Part shown: positions 1-41,023 of the stretch, piece after piece
Layout: every line of letters starts with the position of its first letter
How positions within the stretch are numbered: the first letter of the stretch is position 1
NCBI GenBank assembly: GCA_963693365.1
Contig: CAVNZM010000013.1
Span: 8,432,940 to 8,496,939, forward strand
Length of the DNA stretch: 64,000 bases
DNA from: Amoebidium appalachense
Taxonomy: Eukaryota > Protista > Ichthyosporea
Direction: 5' to 3'
The notes under the pieces: model-generated
The model's input: only the letters and a program-made list of their open reading frames with translations
Databases searched by the model: none
Told to the model about the DNA's origin: nothing
Program-made: the position numbers and the translations under genes

Positions 1-498
1 TTACCACGGCACTGCGTAATACAAATTACGTACTTAAAGGGGCTTATGGGGTTTTCAGATGTATGTTCCAGAGGTTAGCCAATCATCATCGGATCTCAAA
101 GTCTGGTCGCGACGGTAGGCCGCGTCAAATCTTGCCAGTGGGCCCTACACACCGAGCAAACATGTGTCGCGTATCACCAGAGCGTAAATTTTGCGTGTTG
201 CGAATGTCCATAAAACACTTTTACCCAGGCTATGTAACTCGTCGATTCATTATTTGCGAGGCCGCCATTTGAGTGCCGAAGGGAGATTTTCCCGAGCTGG
301 AGTATCCTGATGATGTCAACTTGAAGGGTCCAATTAATACATCTTATTACACATGTTACATTTACTTATGTCCCTTTACTCAACTTGTCTGAATTGTACA
401 CTTGCATGGTGCTACTTCTACCCAGCTGTCACCCACCAAAGGATCTTTTGTAGTAATGTCCACCATCCTGTGTGCCAGGTACACCAAGCCAAACATAA

Positions 499-27977
<27,479 letters not shown>

Positions 27978-29066
27978 TCGTCATGCATACCCTGAAATTT
28001 AGATTTAAGCCAAAAATTAGATTTTAAAGCTAAATTTAGGCTGGGCCCAAAGAGCCTGCAGCAGCTAATACCTGGTAGCCCATAAGGTGCGCATTGCTAA
28101 CTAGACGGACTCTTGACATCGTTCTGAATAAGTGGGTCCTTGAACTTACGCATGGTCTTTTGTATAGGTTTTTAGCAAGTGCTCACTAGTCGATAGATTT
28201 AAAACTTTAAATGTTCCCCTGCGTTGTTTGACCACTAAGTAAAACTAATATCATGCGGTGTATGTTATTAATGATATTCTTTATCAAGAAGGCTTAGATT
28301 ATGTATACTATATTATATAGCATTGGCGTGTGATACGTGCTACATCAGCCAATATGGACCTTAGAGGCCGCTAATCAGCCCCCAAGCACATAGCATGAAT
28401 TTTTCTAATATGTTAAAAGCCTGCACATATTTATAAACAAGTAACTATCATAATGTTTGAAAATTCATTCGCTGTATGCATGCATTTTTCTTAAGACCTA
28501 AAGCCCTATCCCGGGCATGAAGTGTTGGAATATATTAATGTACAAAAACGGTTTATGTCAATGTGATTTTATACACTCTGTTGTGTAATTTTAACTTAGG
28601 CTTTGAACACATATAATTATACTGCCCGCAATAATCGGAAGGACATCAGTTGCTACCTATCTCATTAATCATCATTATGATATACTGTCGGACTGGCAGT
28701 GCCTGTCCACAAACACACACGCGCGCACACACACAAACCACACACTGGCCGCACAAGCGTGTACATGAAATCACACATGAGCACGAAACACACGAAGACA
28801 AGCACACACGCACAAACACATGCAAACAGTCACACATACGTGGACGTGCGCACACATGTACGGCACACGCACGGGCATACGCGCACACGCACGCAAACGT
28901 AAACACACATGTGTAGACGTCGCACACATGCCCATACACGCGCATCCTCTCCCCCCCCCCCCCCCCCCCCCCCGTTGAGGCTGCACACACACATGTCACA
29001 CTACACACGCACATACGTGTCCACAACACGGAGCAAGTACATGTGTACACACACAAACAGGCGCAA

Positions 29067-29105
<39 letters not shown>

Positions 29106-29274
29106 TACACACACACAATTAGGGGGGCGGCATACGTGCGAGCATGCATGTATTTATTACACGTGCAGGCTGAAATACCTTGGCTCACCTGCATGCATCA
29201 TCTCCACCAGCCAGTCGACAAATAGGCTACTACGGGCAAGGCCGTTAAATACAATCACCATCCCCACACATAGC

Positions 29275-29558
29275 AGAACTACAACACGGGGGAGTGTGTG
29301 GATGCATCTTCTCTCTCGCAGTACCTTCCAAGCGGGGGCCTGACATATGCGGACGAGCAACGCGAGTCTCCATACACAGAGGGCATGTACGCTGCACACG
29401 ATGCCAGCCTGAATACGGCCGGGTTCAAGCCAGCCTTTAATTGGTTCAACAGCACACTCTACCCCGGCACGTGTGGTCCGAGTAGCACGCACGGCACTAC
29501 ACCCCTGACACAGTGCATCGTGCCGGACGTGCTTCTGCAGCTGGGCGTCAGCCAGTAG
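29275..29558 (+). pseudogene. 5'-truncated copy (B0) of the secreted ~207-aa protein gene
   Basis: NYNTGECVDASSLSQ...VLLQLGVSQ*; lacks the N-terminal half. Confidence 0.88.
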
Positions 29559-30235
29559 CTGCCACTGCTTTTGTTCTTCTTTTCATTTGCAATGCACATT
29601 AAAGTTGTAGTGGTACAGGAGAGCAAATTTAAACGATAACCTCTGTGAGGTGAAACGGAATGATACAAAATATTAAACTGGTACCGTCGGTAGAAAGCAC
29701 TCTCAAATTGTTTGTCGACTCCACTCAGTGGAATAAATCCATAGTGAGACCAAATGCCCTTGAGCCATTAAGGGCTATCTGCTGCCCCCCCCACCCCCTT
29801 TCCCCTCCCCTCCCCTCTCGAGCCCGCCCTCTCCCGCTCCTTCCCCCCCTCCCCCCCCCCCCCCCCCCCATGGCGTCCAATGCATATTTCTCCCTTCTCA
29901 ATTGAACTGGAGACTGAATAAAAGTTATTCAGTTGTACCTCTCTCATGGACATCCCCACCTGGTCTCAGAGTTAGTGCGCCTTAAATTTTTACCCCCCCA
30001 CCCACCCACCCCTCCCCCCACACACCCCCGCACGCACGGTCCACACACACACACAAACACACACACAAACACACACACACACGCACATGCACGCACATGC
30101 ACACGCATACAACCACGCACACACGCGTACGCGCGCACAAACACCCACACACACGCACGCGCGCGTGGCACGCACGCGCGCGCGCACACACACACACACA
30201 CACATGCACACACGTGTGCGTGCACACACACACAT

Positions 30236-30353
<118 letters not shown>

Positions 30354-30358
30354 ACTGT

Positions 30359-30401
<43 letters not shown>

Positions 30402-30769
30402 ACACACACACGCACAAAATAATTTGCCTCGCTCCACCCAATCAAAACCGTCGCACAAACTAGCACCAAAATTTTGTCTCCTCCAGTTAATACCACCACC
30501 TGGTCCGATTGTCATATATAAACTCGATGAATGTATTTACGACCCATTCAAAAGTTTCCCCATCTTTTTTATTTCACACACACACGAGCACATGGTTCAG
30601 TAATTGAACGATTTCCAAAAAACTCCAGCCCCAGAGCAACAATATACGTATATCACAGGCATACTACTAAGTCAATGAGACACACCGTGCACAAACACTA
30701 ACACACACATACACACGCACACGCACACGCACACACGCACGCACACACACACACACACACACCGTCACA

Positions 30770-30835
<66 letters not shown>

Positions 30836-30914
30836 ACACTGAGTGTGGTAGGTATCTTTCTTTCATTCCCTGTTCTATCTCTTTTGTTTTATAGCCTCCA
30901 CCCCCCACTTCCCC

Positions 30915-30957
<43 letters not shown>

Positions 30958-32408
30958 AAAAAAAACTTTGGGAAAAAAAAGAAGAAAAAAAAAACTTTAA
31001 CTTACGCAAGGAACGAAGGAAGGAAGAAAGGAAGGATGGAGGGAGGGAAGAAAGTCAGGAAGGGAAGAAGCACGAAAAGAAAAGACGAGAAAAAGCAGCA
31101 CGTTTTCTCATTTAAATTTAGAATTTAAATTTCATTTAAATTAGTACAATTGCATCGTGCAGATGCCCTTCCGTACGCAGAGGTGGAAGGGGGCTTGGGA
31201 TGGGGTTGGTGGGGCGGGCTGGGCGGGTTGGCGGGGGGGGGAGGGGGGAGGGGGGGAGCGGGGGCAAACATTGCATTAAGCTTTGCATACTCCTAAGATG
31301 ATTTAAATGACACGGCCCGCCCGATGTGTTCACTTTCGATGGTATGAGAGTCTCAAAAAGAGAAAATATTGCACATGAACACTTGTGGAAATGAAACCAG
31401 ATCCTGGGATACAATGGGCAACAATCGCAGTGCGGAATGCAGATAGGCCCCGTACGACATATGCTAAGTTAGCAAAAGGATCAGGCATCGATTATAAAGA
31501 CCGATATTGGGCCGAAGGTACGAGGGGGGAGGGGGGGAGGGGGGTTCCTATGGAATTTAACATCTATTCTGGCACCCACCTTCAGTTCGGACCTGTTGAC
31601 ATAGGCACCCCCACCCATCAGCAATGAAATCTCGAAACTGTGATACACAAATGTTCTTCTCTTTAGTTTGGAAATTCTTGCGCACTTTAACAGCGATTAT
31701 GGATCCGTGGTCATAACGATGTTTTTTTTTTTTTTTTTTTTTGTTTGGGGGGGGGGGGGGGGGGGGGGGGAGAGGGGGGGGGGGTCTAAAAAAACAATAC
31801 ACATGTTTTTTGCCATGTGAATGCATGGGAGGGAGAGAAGAAGGGAGACAAGGGCGGCAACAGGGGAGAGAGGGGTGAGAAAAGGTTGGGGATGGGGGGA
31901 GGAGAGGGAGGGGAGGGGAAGGGGGGGAGAGGAAGGAAGAATGAAAGAAAGTAACAATACGTATTGAGGTGTGGGGCTTGAAACACAGAGCGTTAGGTAA
32001 GTAGGGAGACATAGGAGAGGTGAGGGGGACCAAAAAAAAAAAAAAAAAAAGCGTTCAAGCATTTTCAAGGAGAGAGAGGGGAGCTGGGGGGGCAGGGGGG
32101 GGAAGGGGGGCGGGATGGCTCTCGATAGCTCAGAGTTTAATTCCAATTGGTCAAAGCCATGTATTCACTTTACGACAACAATTAAAAAGAGTTTTGTTAT
32201 GATGGTTCATTTGCCCATCGATATCTGCTCTTTCATGATCATAATAATTCGATTGTGGTATGATAACGCCAAGCCCTAAACTTACTACTGATGTCGAGCT
32301 TCATTCACCCGCATGTCCAAATCTAGCAACTGTTCTAAACACCTGTGATACGGACACATAATCCAACTATTATTTATGGACCAAAAAATAAAACTCTCAG
32401 ATGTGCCA

Positions 32409-33029
32409 CTACTGGCTGACGCCCAGAAGCACGTCCGGCACGATGCACTGTGTCAGGGCTGTAGTGCCGTGCGTGCTACTCGGACCACATGTGCCGGGGT
32501 AGAGTGTGCTTTTGAACCAGTTGAACGCCAGCTTGAACCCGGCCGCATTCAGGCTGGCATCGTGTGCAGCGTACATGCCCTCTGTGTACGGAGACTCACG
32601 TTGCTCGTCCACATATGTCAGGCCCCCGCTTGGAAGGTACTGCGAGAGGGAAGAGGCATCCACACACTCCCCCGTGTTGTAGTTCTTGTGCATGAAGCCC
32701 ACCCATGTGACTGTATCGGTGTAGGCCGGGTTTGTGCCGTTGTGTGGTGTAGGTAGAGTGGATTGGTCGTAAACGTACTTGACTGTAACGTCGTGTCCGT
32801 ACGGTGCATTGATGGTGGCGTAGGCAACATAACTGGCTGTTTTGGGCGTGACTTTGAGTGTTTCTGAGGTGCTGGTAACAGGGTTGTGTACTGAAACCTC
32901 GATTGACTGCAGCGTGTAGCCCTGCGTGATGGTGCACTGCGAGATGGAGTGGCCCATGCCACACACTAGGGCCGCGCTGGTGGCAAGGAGCGCAAGGGTA
33001 CATGTGATGTGGCTGTTTGAGTACATCAT
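32409..33029 (-). CDS. Secreted ~206-aa protein of unknown function, copy A1 (intronless)
   Basis: Intact ORF, signal peptide TLALLATSAALVCG, beta-rich, 4 Cys in the mature part. Confidence 0.85.
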   Translation of the reverse strand: MMYSNSHITCTLALLATSAALVCGMGHSISQCTITQGYTLQSIEVSVHNPVTSTSETLKVTPKTASYVAYATINAPYGHDVTVKYVYDQSTLPTPHNGTNPAYTDTVTWVGFMHKNYNTGECVDASSLSQYLPSGGLTYVDEQRESPYTEGMYAAHDASLNAAGFKLAFNWFKSTLYPGTCGPSSTHGTTALTQCIVPDVLLGVSQ

Positions 33030-34178
33030 TGTTGCGATTAATTGTGCGTAATGAAATCGAACTTCAAGATATGGAGGTGGAGTCAGCTGAAAGAACGTGC
33101 ACGAGTGCCTATTAGCAGGAGAAATGCACTCTATATTTTTAAACTTTGGAAATTTTTGTAGTATTCTCGTGGTTCATACGACAACGGGGTTGCACTTGCT
33201 TTACTGTGCCGCGCCGAGAGTGATGCTTCAGGTGTTCTGTGACTGAAGAACTCCATCAGACACCGGGCTTTATATACTTGGTTTCCGCCATCTGTAGAAT
33301 GTGGCCCCTGGGGAAACGTGCATGCCAATCTGTTGAAGTTTCCCGCCGCCCTACAGTCACAGCCCGTGGCTGATCAATTATGTATCACCTTGGCGACAAA
33401 TAACACCTGGTTTGATCCATTATAAAGCACAAAAGAACTTGTATTTGCCTGAATTTTTGTTTTTGAAGCGTGCCCAGTGCCGGGCCATAAAGGCCGTGAG
33501 TTGTCACCGCCGCCCTCGAGGGTAAGACACAATATCGAGCCCCGACAAAACCGTCGTTTGATTGGCTTACTTGTTTGCGTCTGTGAGACTTGCGAGTGCA
33601 GGGTCCTGATAAACGTCGGTCTGGTAGAAGGACCAAACAAAGGCTGGTGAAATGCGTTCTGTTGCAATGTTATACCTGGAAAGGCCTGGGTTGAGGAAGG
33701 AATAATGGGAATCCGAAAAGGACGGGGGCAGGGGGGAGTGGGGAGTAGGGAGGGCGGGGTCAAGCAGCCGAAAGTTTTCCCGGGGCGGCGAGAAATTTTT
33801 ATTAGATTGGCATGCAACAAACCCCATGTTATCCATGGACCACATTCCACAGATTGCGGTAAGCAACTTCAGCAGGTATTTTACAAAGTCGGATGCCCGA
33901 CGGAGTCTTCAGTCATCAACACTCGGTTCACATGAAGCATCACTAGCTAGTACTATTAACGCGGCAAGGCACAGTTTAATTATAAAGCAGGTGCAGCCCC
34001 GGTAATTACTATCCGAATCGCCGCAATAATACAAACACATTCCAAAGTTCAAAAAGTTAGGCGTATTTGTTCTGCTCATACGTACGGCACTTGTGCACGT
34101 GTTCCTTCAGCTGACTCAGCTATAATAGCGGTTGTTTACCACACCTCCATATTCATCACGTACCGTGTAATTGGCAAC
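33030..34178. promoter_or_regulatory. Divergent promoter region with inverted upstream arms
   Basis: About 33070-33355 is an inverted paralog of about 33780-34118 (gtcagctgaa/ttcagctgac, tgatgcttca/tgaagcatca, catgccaatc/gattggcatg); CCAAT-like and GC-box-like motifs on both sides; TATATAAAG on the minus strand at 33268-33276. Repeated at 41024-42175. Confidence 0.55.
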
Positions 34179-34802
34179 ATGTACTCAAACAGCAACATCG
34201 CCTGTACCCTTGCCCTCCTTGCCACCAGCGCGGCTCTGGTGTGTGGCATGGGCCACTCCATCTCGCAGTGCACCATCACGCAGGGCTACACGCTGCAGTC
34301 AATCGAGGTTTCAGTACACAACCCTGTTACCAGCACCTCAGAAACACTCAAAGTCACGCCCAAAACAGGCAGTTATGTTGCCTACGCTACCATCAATGCA
34401 CCGTACGGACACGACGTTACAGTCAAGTACGTTTACGACCAATCCACTCTGCCTACACCACACAACGGCACAAACCCTGCCTACTCGGATACAGTCACAT
34501 GGGTGGGCTTCATGCACAAGAACTACAACACGGGGGATTGTGTGGATGCCTCTTCCCTCTCGCAGTACCTTCCAAGCGGGGGCCTGACATATGCGGACGA
34601 GCAACGCGAGTCTCCATACACAGAGGGCATGTACGCTGCACACGATGCCAGCCTGAATACGGCCGGGTTCAAGCTAGCCTTTAATTGGTTCAACAGCACA
34701 CTCTACCCCGGCACGTGTGGTCCGAGTAGCACGCACGGCACTACACCCCTGACACAGTGCATCGTGCCGGACGTGCTTCTGCAGCTGGGCGTCAGCCAGT
34801 AG
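34179..34802 (+). CDS. Secreted 207-aa protein of unknown function, copy B1 (intronless)
   Basis: Intact ORF, close paralog of A1, head-to-head with it. Confidence 0.85.
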   Translation: MYSNSNIACTLALLATSAALVCGMGHSISQCTITQGYTLQSIEVSVHNPVTSTSETLKVTPKTGSYVAYATINAPYGHDVTVKYVYDQSTLPTPHNGTNPAYSDTVTWVGFMHKNYNTGDCVDASSLSQYLPSGGLTYADEQRESPYTEGMYAAHDASLNTAGFKLAFNWFNSTLYPGTCGPSSTHGTTPLTQCIVPDVLLQLGVSQ

Positions 34803-35492
34803 CTGCCACTGCTTTTGTTCTTCTTTTCATTTGCAAAGCACATTAAAGTTGTAGTGGTATAGTAGAGCAAATTTAAACGATAGCCTCTGTAAGGTTAAAC
34901 GGAATGATACAAAATATTAAAACTTGTTCCGCCAGCAGAAAACACTCGCAAATTGTTTGTCGACTCCACTCAGTGGAATAAATCCATAGTGAGACCAAAT
35001 GCCCTTGAGCCATTAAGTGCTATCTGCTGCCCCCCCCCCCCCCCCCCCCCCCTCCCCCCTCCCCTCCCATCTCGAGCCCGTCCTCTCCCGCTCCTTCCCC
35101 CCCCCCCCCCCCCCCCCATGGCGTCCAATGCATATTTCTCCCTTCTCAATTTAACGTGAGACTGAATAAAAGTTATTCAGTTGTTCCTCTCTCATGGACA
35201 TCCCCACCTGGCCTCAGAGTTAGTGCGCCCTAAAGATTGGCCCCCCCACCCACCCACCCCTCCCCCCACACACCCCCGCACGCACGGTCCACACACACGC
35301 ACAAACACACACACAAGCACACACACGCACATGCACGCATATGCACACGCATACAACCACGCACACACGCGTACGCGCGCACAAACACCCGCACACGCGC
35401 ACGCGCACGTGGCACGCACACGCGCGCGCACACATACACACACACATGCACACACGCGTGCGTGCACACACACACATGCACACACACAAACA

Positions 35493-35551
<59 letters not shown>

Positions 35552-35552
35552 T

Positions 35553-35601
<49 letters not shown>

Positions 35602-36976
35602 ACACACACACATGCGCGCTTATGTACACACACTCTGCACACAATATTTGCCCTGCTCCACCCAATTAACACCGTTGCACTAACTAGCACCAAATTTTTG
35701 TCTCCTCCAGATAACACCACCACCTTGTCCGATTGTCATATATAAACTCGATGAATGTATTTACGACCCATTCAAAAGTTTCCCCATCTTTTTTATTTCT
35801 CACACACACGAGCACATGGTTCAGTAATGGAACGATTTCAAAAAACTCCAGCCCCAGAGCAACAATATACATATATCACAGGATACTACTAAGTCAATGA
35901 GACACATGGACTACTCTGTCTACACGCATGCACGAGCGTACATTAACACACACAAAACAACCAAAACCCAGCTCAATGACCTGCAAACCACCAGTATGGC
36001 ACACTGTGATCATCGGCTGATCTGCATAATGCATGCAACACATGCACACAAAACACACGCTCTCACCGTGGCGCATACACACGTAGGTACGCCATGTGGA
36101 GTTCATGTGCACATTGCACACACGGCACAAAACCTCCCTCCAAGCATCTCTCTCCCCTCCCAACCTTCCTCCCCCCTCTCCCCCCCTCCCCTCTCCCCCT
36201 CTCCCCTCCCTTCCCCTCCCCCCTGCATTCAACCTTTCCTCCCTTCCCTGTGGCAGTGCACGCACACACACATACATGTGCTCATAGTGCGACCATGAAT
36301 AAATTTTCGTACCATCGTAAGCAAACTTCTTGATTGCAACCCCTCTCTCGGAGACGTTTGTGGGCATACGGCGAAAAATGCCGCCCGATCAAACACTTTC
36401 TGCCAGCACCCACTTATATGTGGTGGTGGGCCAACTTAGTAAAGTTGTTAATGATATCGGTAACAAAGATTTTCTCAGTAGCACCATCCTTCAGCCCCCC
36501 CTCCCTCCCCCCCCCCCCCCCCCCCCCCTCTCTCTCTCTCCCCCCCCCCCTCCCCCCCCCCTCAACCACCATCACCACCACCACCATCCCACTCTTTTAT
36601 TTCTTTTCCGCCCATCCTCTCACATTCGTTTTACCCTACCTTCCGTTCCGTTGTGCTTTTACGTGTCTACAAACAAATTCTGCTATCCCTGCCTCCCCCC
36701 TTCTCCCCCCCCCCCCCCCCCCCCCCACCTTCTTTTTTTCTTTCGGCCACCATCCCCACAACCCCTTTTGAAGCTGTCTTCCCATTTGCCCTGTCTTCAT
36801 GCAGTCATGCAATAACCCCATCTGGGCAGGCTAAAACTCAACGGTTTTTCTGCCATTCAAGGGACCGAGTTCAACCAGCTGCACACACTGAATCTCTTTC
36901 CCTAGTAACCTCACCGGCACACACCCGCACCCGCAGACGGACACGCACACACTCATGCACCCGCACGTGCGCGCGT

Positions 36977-37075
<99 letters not shown>

Positions 37076-37094
37076 CACACAAACACACACACGT

Positions 37095-37139
<45 letters not shown>

Positions 37140-37219
37140 GTGCACAAACACTAACACACACATACACACGCACACGCACACGCACACACACACGCACGCA
37201 CACACACACACACACACCG

Positions 37220-37282
<63 letters not shown>

Positions 37283-37404
37283 ACACTGAGTGTGGTAGGT
37301 ATCTTTCTTTCATTCCCTGTTCTATCTCTTTTGTTTTATAGCCACCATCCCCCACTTCCCCTCCCCCCCCCCACACACACACATGCACGCAAACACACAC
37401 ACGT

Positions 37405-37449
<45 letters not shown>

Positions 37450-37579
37450 GTGCACAAACACTAACACACATACACACGCACACACACACACACACCGTGC
37501 ACAAACAGTACACACACACATACACACGCACACGCACACACACGCACGCACGCACGCACACACACACACACACACACCG

Positions 37580-37618
<39 letters not shown>

Positions 37619-37739
37619 ACACTGAGTGTTGTAGGTATCTTTCTTTCATTCCCTGTTCTATCTCTTTTGTTTTATAGCCACCATCCCCCACTTCCCCTCC
37701 CCCCCCCACACACACACATGCACGCAAACACACACACGT

Positions 37740-37790
<51 letters not shown>

Positions 37791-37870
37791 GTGCACAAAC
37801 ACTAACACACATACACACGCACACGCACACGCACACACGCACGCACACACACACACACACACACACACCG

Positions 37871-37925
<55 letters not shown>

Positions 37926-38302
37926 ACACTTAATGTGGTAGGTATCTTTCTTTCATTCCCTGTTCTATTTCTTTTGTTTTATAGCCTCCATCCCCCACCT
38001 TCCCCCCCCCCCCCCCCCCCCCCCCCCCCACCCCCACCTCCCCCCCCCCCAAAAAAAAACTTTGGGAAAAAAAAGAAGAAAAAAAAACTTTAACTTACGA
38101 AAGGAACGAAGGAAGGAAGAAAGGAAGGATGGAGGGAGGGAAGAAAGTCAGGAAGGGAAGAAGCACGAAAAGAAAAGACGAGAAAAAGCAGCACGTTTTC
38201 TCCTTTAAATTTGTACAATTGCATCGTGCAGATGCCCTTCCGTATGCAGAGGTGGAAGGGGGCTTGGGATGGGGTTGGTGGGGCGGGCTGGGCGGGTGGA
38301 CG

Positions 38303-38341
<39 letters not shown>

Positions 38342-39212
38342 AACATTGCATTAAGCTTTGCATACTCCTAAGATGATTTAAATGACACGGCCCGCCCGAT
38401 GTGTTCACTTTCGATGGTATGAGAGTCTCAAAAGAGAAAATATTGCACATGAACACTTGTGGAAATGAAACCAGATTCTAGGATACAATGGGCAACAATC
38501 GCAGTGTGGAATGCAGATAGGCCCCGTACGACATATGCTACGTTAGCAAAAGGATCAGGCATCGATTATAAAGACCGAAATTGGGCCGAAGGTACGAGGG
38601 GGGGAGGGGGGGGAGGGGGGGTTCCTATGGAATTCACCATTTTCATCTCTTGTTTTGCTTTTCAAAACATTTTTGATTTTTCACTAACACTTTTATCTTT
38701 ATTACTTAATTTTTATAAGATTGTGTTTAGATTTTTAATATTGTGATCCTGCCGTAATAGCTCTGGTAGTACAAAATGCTAAACCAATTGAGCTAGTAAG
38801 ATAATCGAAGGCTGAAAGAAGTTACATCAACATGCTTTACCATTTAAACTTTTAGATGCTTATAACGTATCTCAGATGTAACTTGATAGGGAAAAGAACC
38901 AAAGACTCTTGCTATGAAACTTGTTACCAAACAAGGGCGTAAGACTATTTGTCTTAACGACAGGGAACCTAACGAATGGTGATTCAACTGACTCTAGTAC
39001 GATCTTAAAAATTATGATTATTTTAACAACCCTAACTAGAAGAGTTCTTACGACTCTAACGCGAGTATCTAATAAACGGTGACTTTACTGAGACTCTAGT
39101 AAAAACTTAAATCCACATCCTTCTGTTTACAAGATAGATGCTTTATCATTAAGCTATACTAGCTATATCCTTTACCACAGACTAGAATTGTTAAAGTAAT
39201 CCTATCTTTACA

Positions 39213-39285
39213 AGTTGATAGTAGGACTTGAACCTATAACCTTCTGTTCCAAAAATGAATGGTCTACTAATTGAGCTATTCTCTG
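39213..39285 (-). pseudogene. Degenerate tRNA-Pro(TGG)-like sequence
   Basis: Reverse complement reads tagctcaattagtagacc...tttggaacagaa ggtt atagg ttcaagt cctac; D-arm, TGG loop and T-arm recognisable, acceptor stem unpaired. Confidence 0.6.
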
Positions 39286-39434
39286 GTAATATAATAATCG
39301 AAGAAGGCAGAATCTTAACCTATTACTTTACAACTAAACGACCCTTTTCAAGAAAGCTCAGTTTTAAATTGTTTCTTCTTCATCGTTCCTCGGCAACTGT
39401 ACACAATAGGACTTGAAAAGCTATTATCACTTTA

Positions 39435-39503
39435 ATAGCACTAACTGGAACCTATAACGTTTTGCACACAAAACATATGCTATACCAACCAAGCTACATG
39501 CTC
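39435..39503 (-). pseudogene. Degenerate tRNA-His(GTG)-like sequence
   Basis: Reverse complement reads gagcatgtagcttggttggtatagca tatgttttgtgtgcaaaa cgttataggttccag; T-arm and acceptor broken. Confidence 0.4.
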
Positions 39504-40402
39504 GTAACATATCTCTGATCTCGTACTTACCCTAGACCTTATTTGTCGTCTCATGACAAGAACACGAGACTATTCTCTTAGTAATAAAACCAGTAAACGA
39601 ATCCTCTGATAAGACTTAATTCAGTCCAGGAACTTGTCCTCTAAGACAGTTAAAGCATCGTTTCGTCATCATACAGGTCTCCAATTACGAGACAAAGAGA
39701 TCTCTTATAAATTACTATCTACTCGTCGCTACTATTCTGGCACCCACCTTGAGTGCGGACCTGTTGACATAGGCACCCCCACCCATCAGCAATGAAATCT
39801 CGAAACTGTGATACACAAATGTTCTTCTCTTTAGTTTGGAAATTCTTGCACACTTTAACAGCGGGGAGACAGGGGTGAGAAAAGGTTGGGGATGGGGGAG
39901 AGGAGAGGGAGGGGAGGGGAAGGGGGGGGAGGGGGGGGAAGAATGAAAGAAAGCAACAATACGTAATGAGGTGTGGGGCTTAAACAAAGAGCGTTAGGTA
40001 AGTAGGGAGACAAGGGAGAGGTGAGGGGGACCAAATAAGAAAAAAAAGCGTTCAAGCATTTTCAAGGAGAGAGAGGGGAGCTGGGGGGAGGGGGGAAGGG
40101 GGGCAGGATGGCTCTCGATAGCTAAGAGTTTAATTCCAATTGGTCAAAGCCATTGTATTCACTTTACGACAACAATTAAAAAGAGTTTTGTTATGACGGT
40201 TCATTTGCCCATCGATATCTGCTCTTTCATGATCATTATAATTCGATTGTGGTATGATAACGCCAAGCCCTAAAGTAACTACTGATGTCGAGCTTCATTC
40301 ACCCGCATGTCCAAATCTAGCAACTGTTCTAAACACCTGTGATATGAACACATAATCCAACTATTATTTATGAACCAAAAAATAAAACTCTCAGATGTGC
40401 CA

Positions 40403-41023
40403 CTACTGGCTGACGCCCAGAAGCACGTCCGGCACGGTGCACTGTGTCAGGGGTGTAGTGCCGTGCGTGCTACTCGGACCACACGTGCCGGGGTAGAGTG
40501 TGCTGTTGAACCAATTAAAGGCTAGCTTGAACCCGGCCGTATTCAGGCTGGCATCGTGTGCAGCGTACATGCCCTCTGTGTATGGAGACTCGCGTTGCTC
40601 GTCCGCATATGTCAGGCCCCCGCTTGGAAGGTACTGCGAGAGGGAAGAGGCATCCACACACTCCCCCGTGTTGTAGTTCTTGTGCATGAAGCCCACCCAT
40701 GTGACTGTATCCGAGTAGGCAGGGTTTGTGCCGTTGTGTGGTGTAGGTAGAGTGGATTGGTCGTAAACGTACTTGACTGTAACGTCGTGCCCGTACGGTG
40801 CATTGATGGTGGCGTAGGCAATATAACTGCCTGTTTTGGGCGTGACTTTGAGTGTTTCTGAGGTGCTGGTAACAGGGATGTGTACTGAAACCTCGATTGA
40901 CTGCAGCGTGTAGCCCTGCGTGATGGTGCACTGCGAGATGGAGTGGCCCATGCCACACACTAGGGCCGCGCTGGTGGCAAGGAGCGCAAGGGTACATGTG
41001 ATGTGGCTGTTTGAGTACATCAT
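40403..41023 (-). CDS. Secreted ~206-aa protein, copy A2
   Basis: Intact ORF; A-type termini with a B-type central region. Confidence 0.85.
   Translation of the reverse strand: MMYSNSHITCTLALLATSAALVCGMGHSISQCTITQGYTLQSIEVSVHIPVTSTSETLKVTPKTGSYIAYATINAPYGHDVTVKYVYDQSTLPTPHNGTNPAYSDTVTWVGFMHKNYNTGECVDASSLSQYLPSGGLTYADEQRESPYTEGMYAAHDASLNTAGFKLAFNWFNSTLYPGTCGPSSTHGTTPLTQCTVPDVLLGVSQ

Larger units (their letters stand above)
38641..39731. other. 1.1-kb AT-rich insertion with tRNA remnants, probable organellar (NUMT) DNA
   Basis: Absent from the paralogous site at about 31550-31575 (ggaatttaacat|ctattctggcaccc); no microsatellites; several tRNA-like arms on the minus strand. Confidence 0.6.

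Noticed and set aside
1-300. ORF 63-272 and a possible element end (aaattacgta resembles the 51553 region)
   Set aside because: No recognisable motif; the match is too short to be meaningful
33374-33866. ORFs in the spacer between inverted gene pairs (also 41383-41872)
   Set aside because: Non-ATG starts, an indel changes the C-terminus between copies, no motifs; more likely promoter DNA
38641-39731. Functional tRNA genes
   Set aside because: Acceptor and anticodon stems do not pair; reported only as remnants
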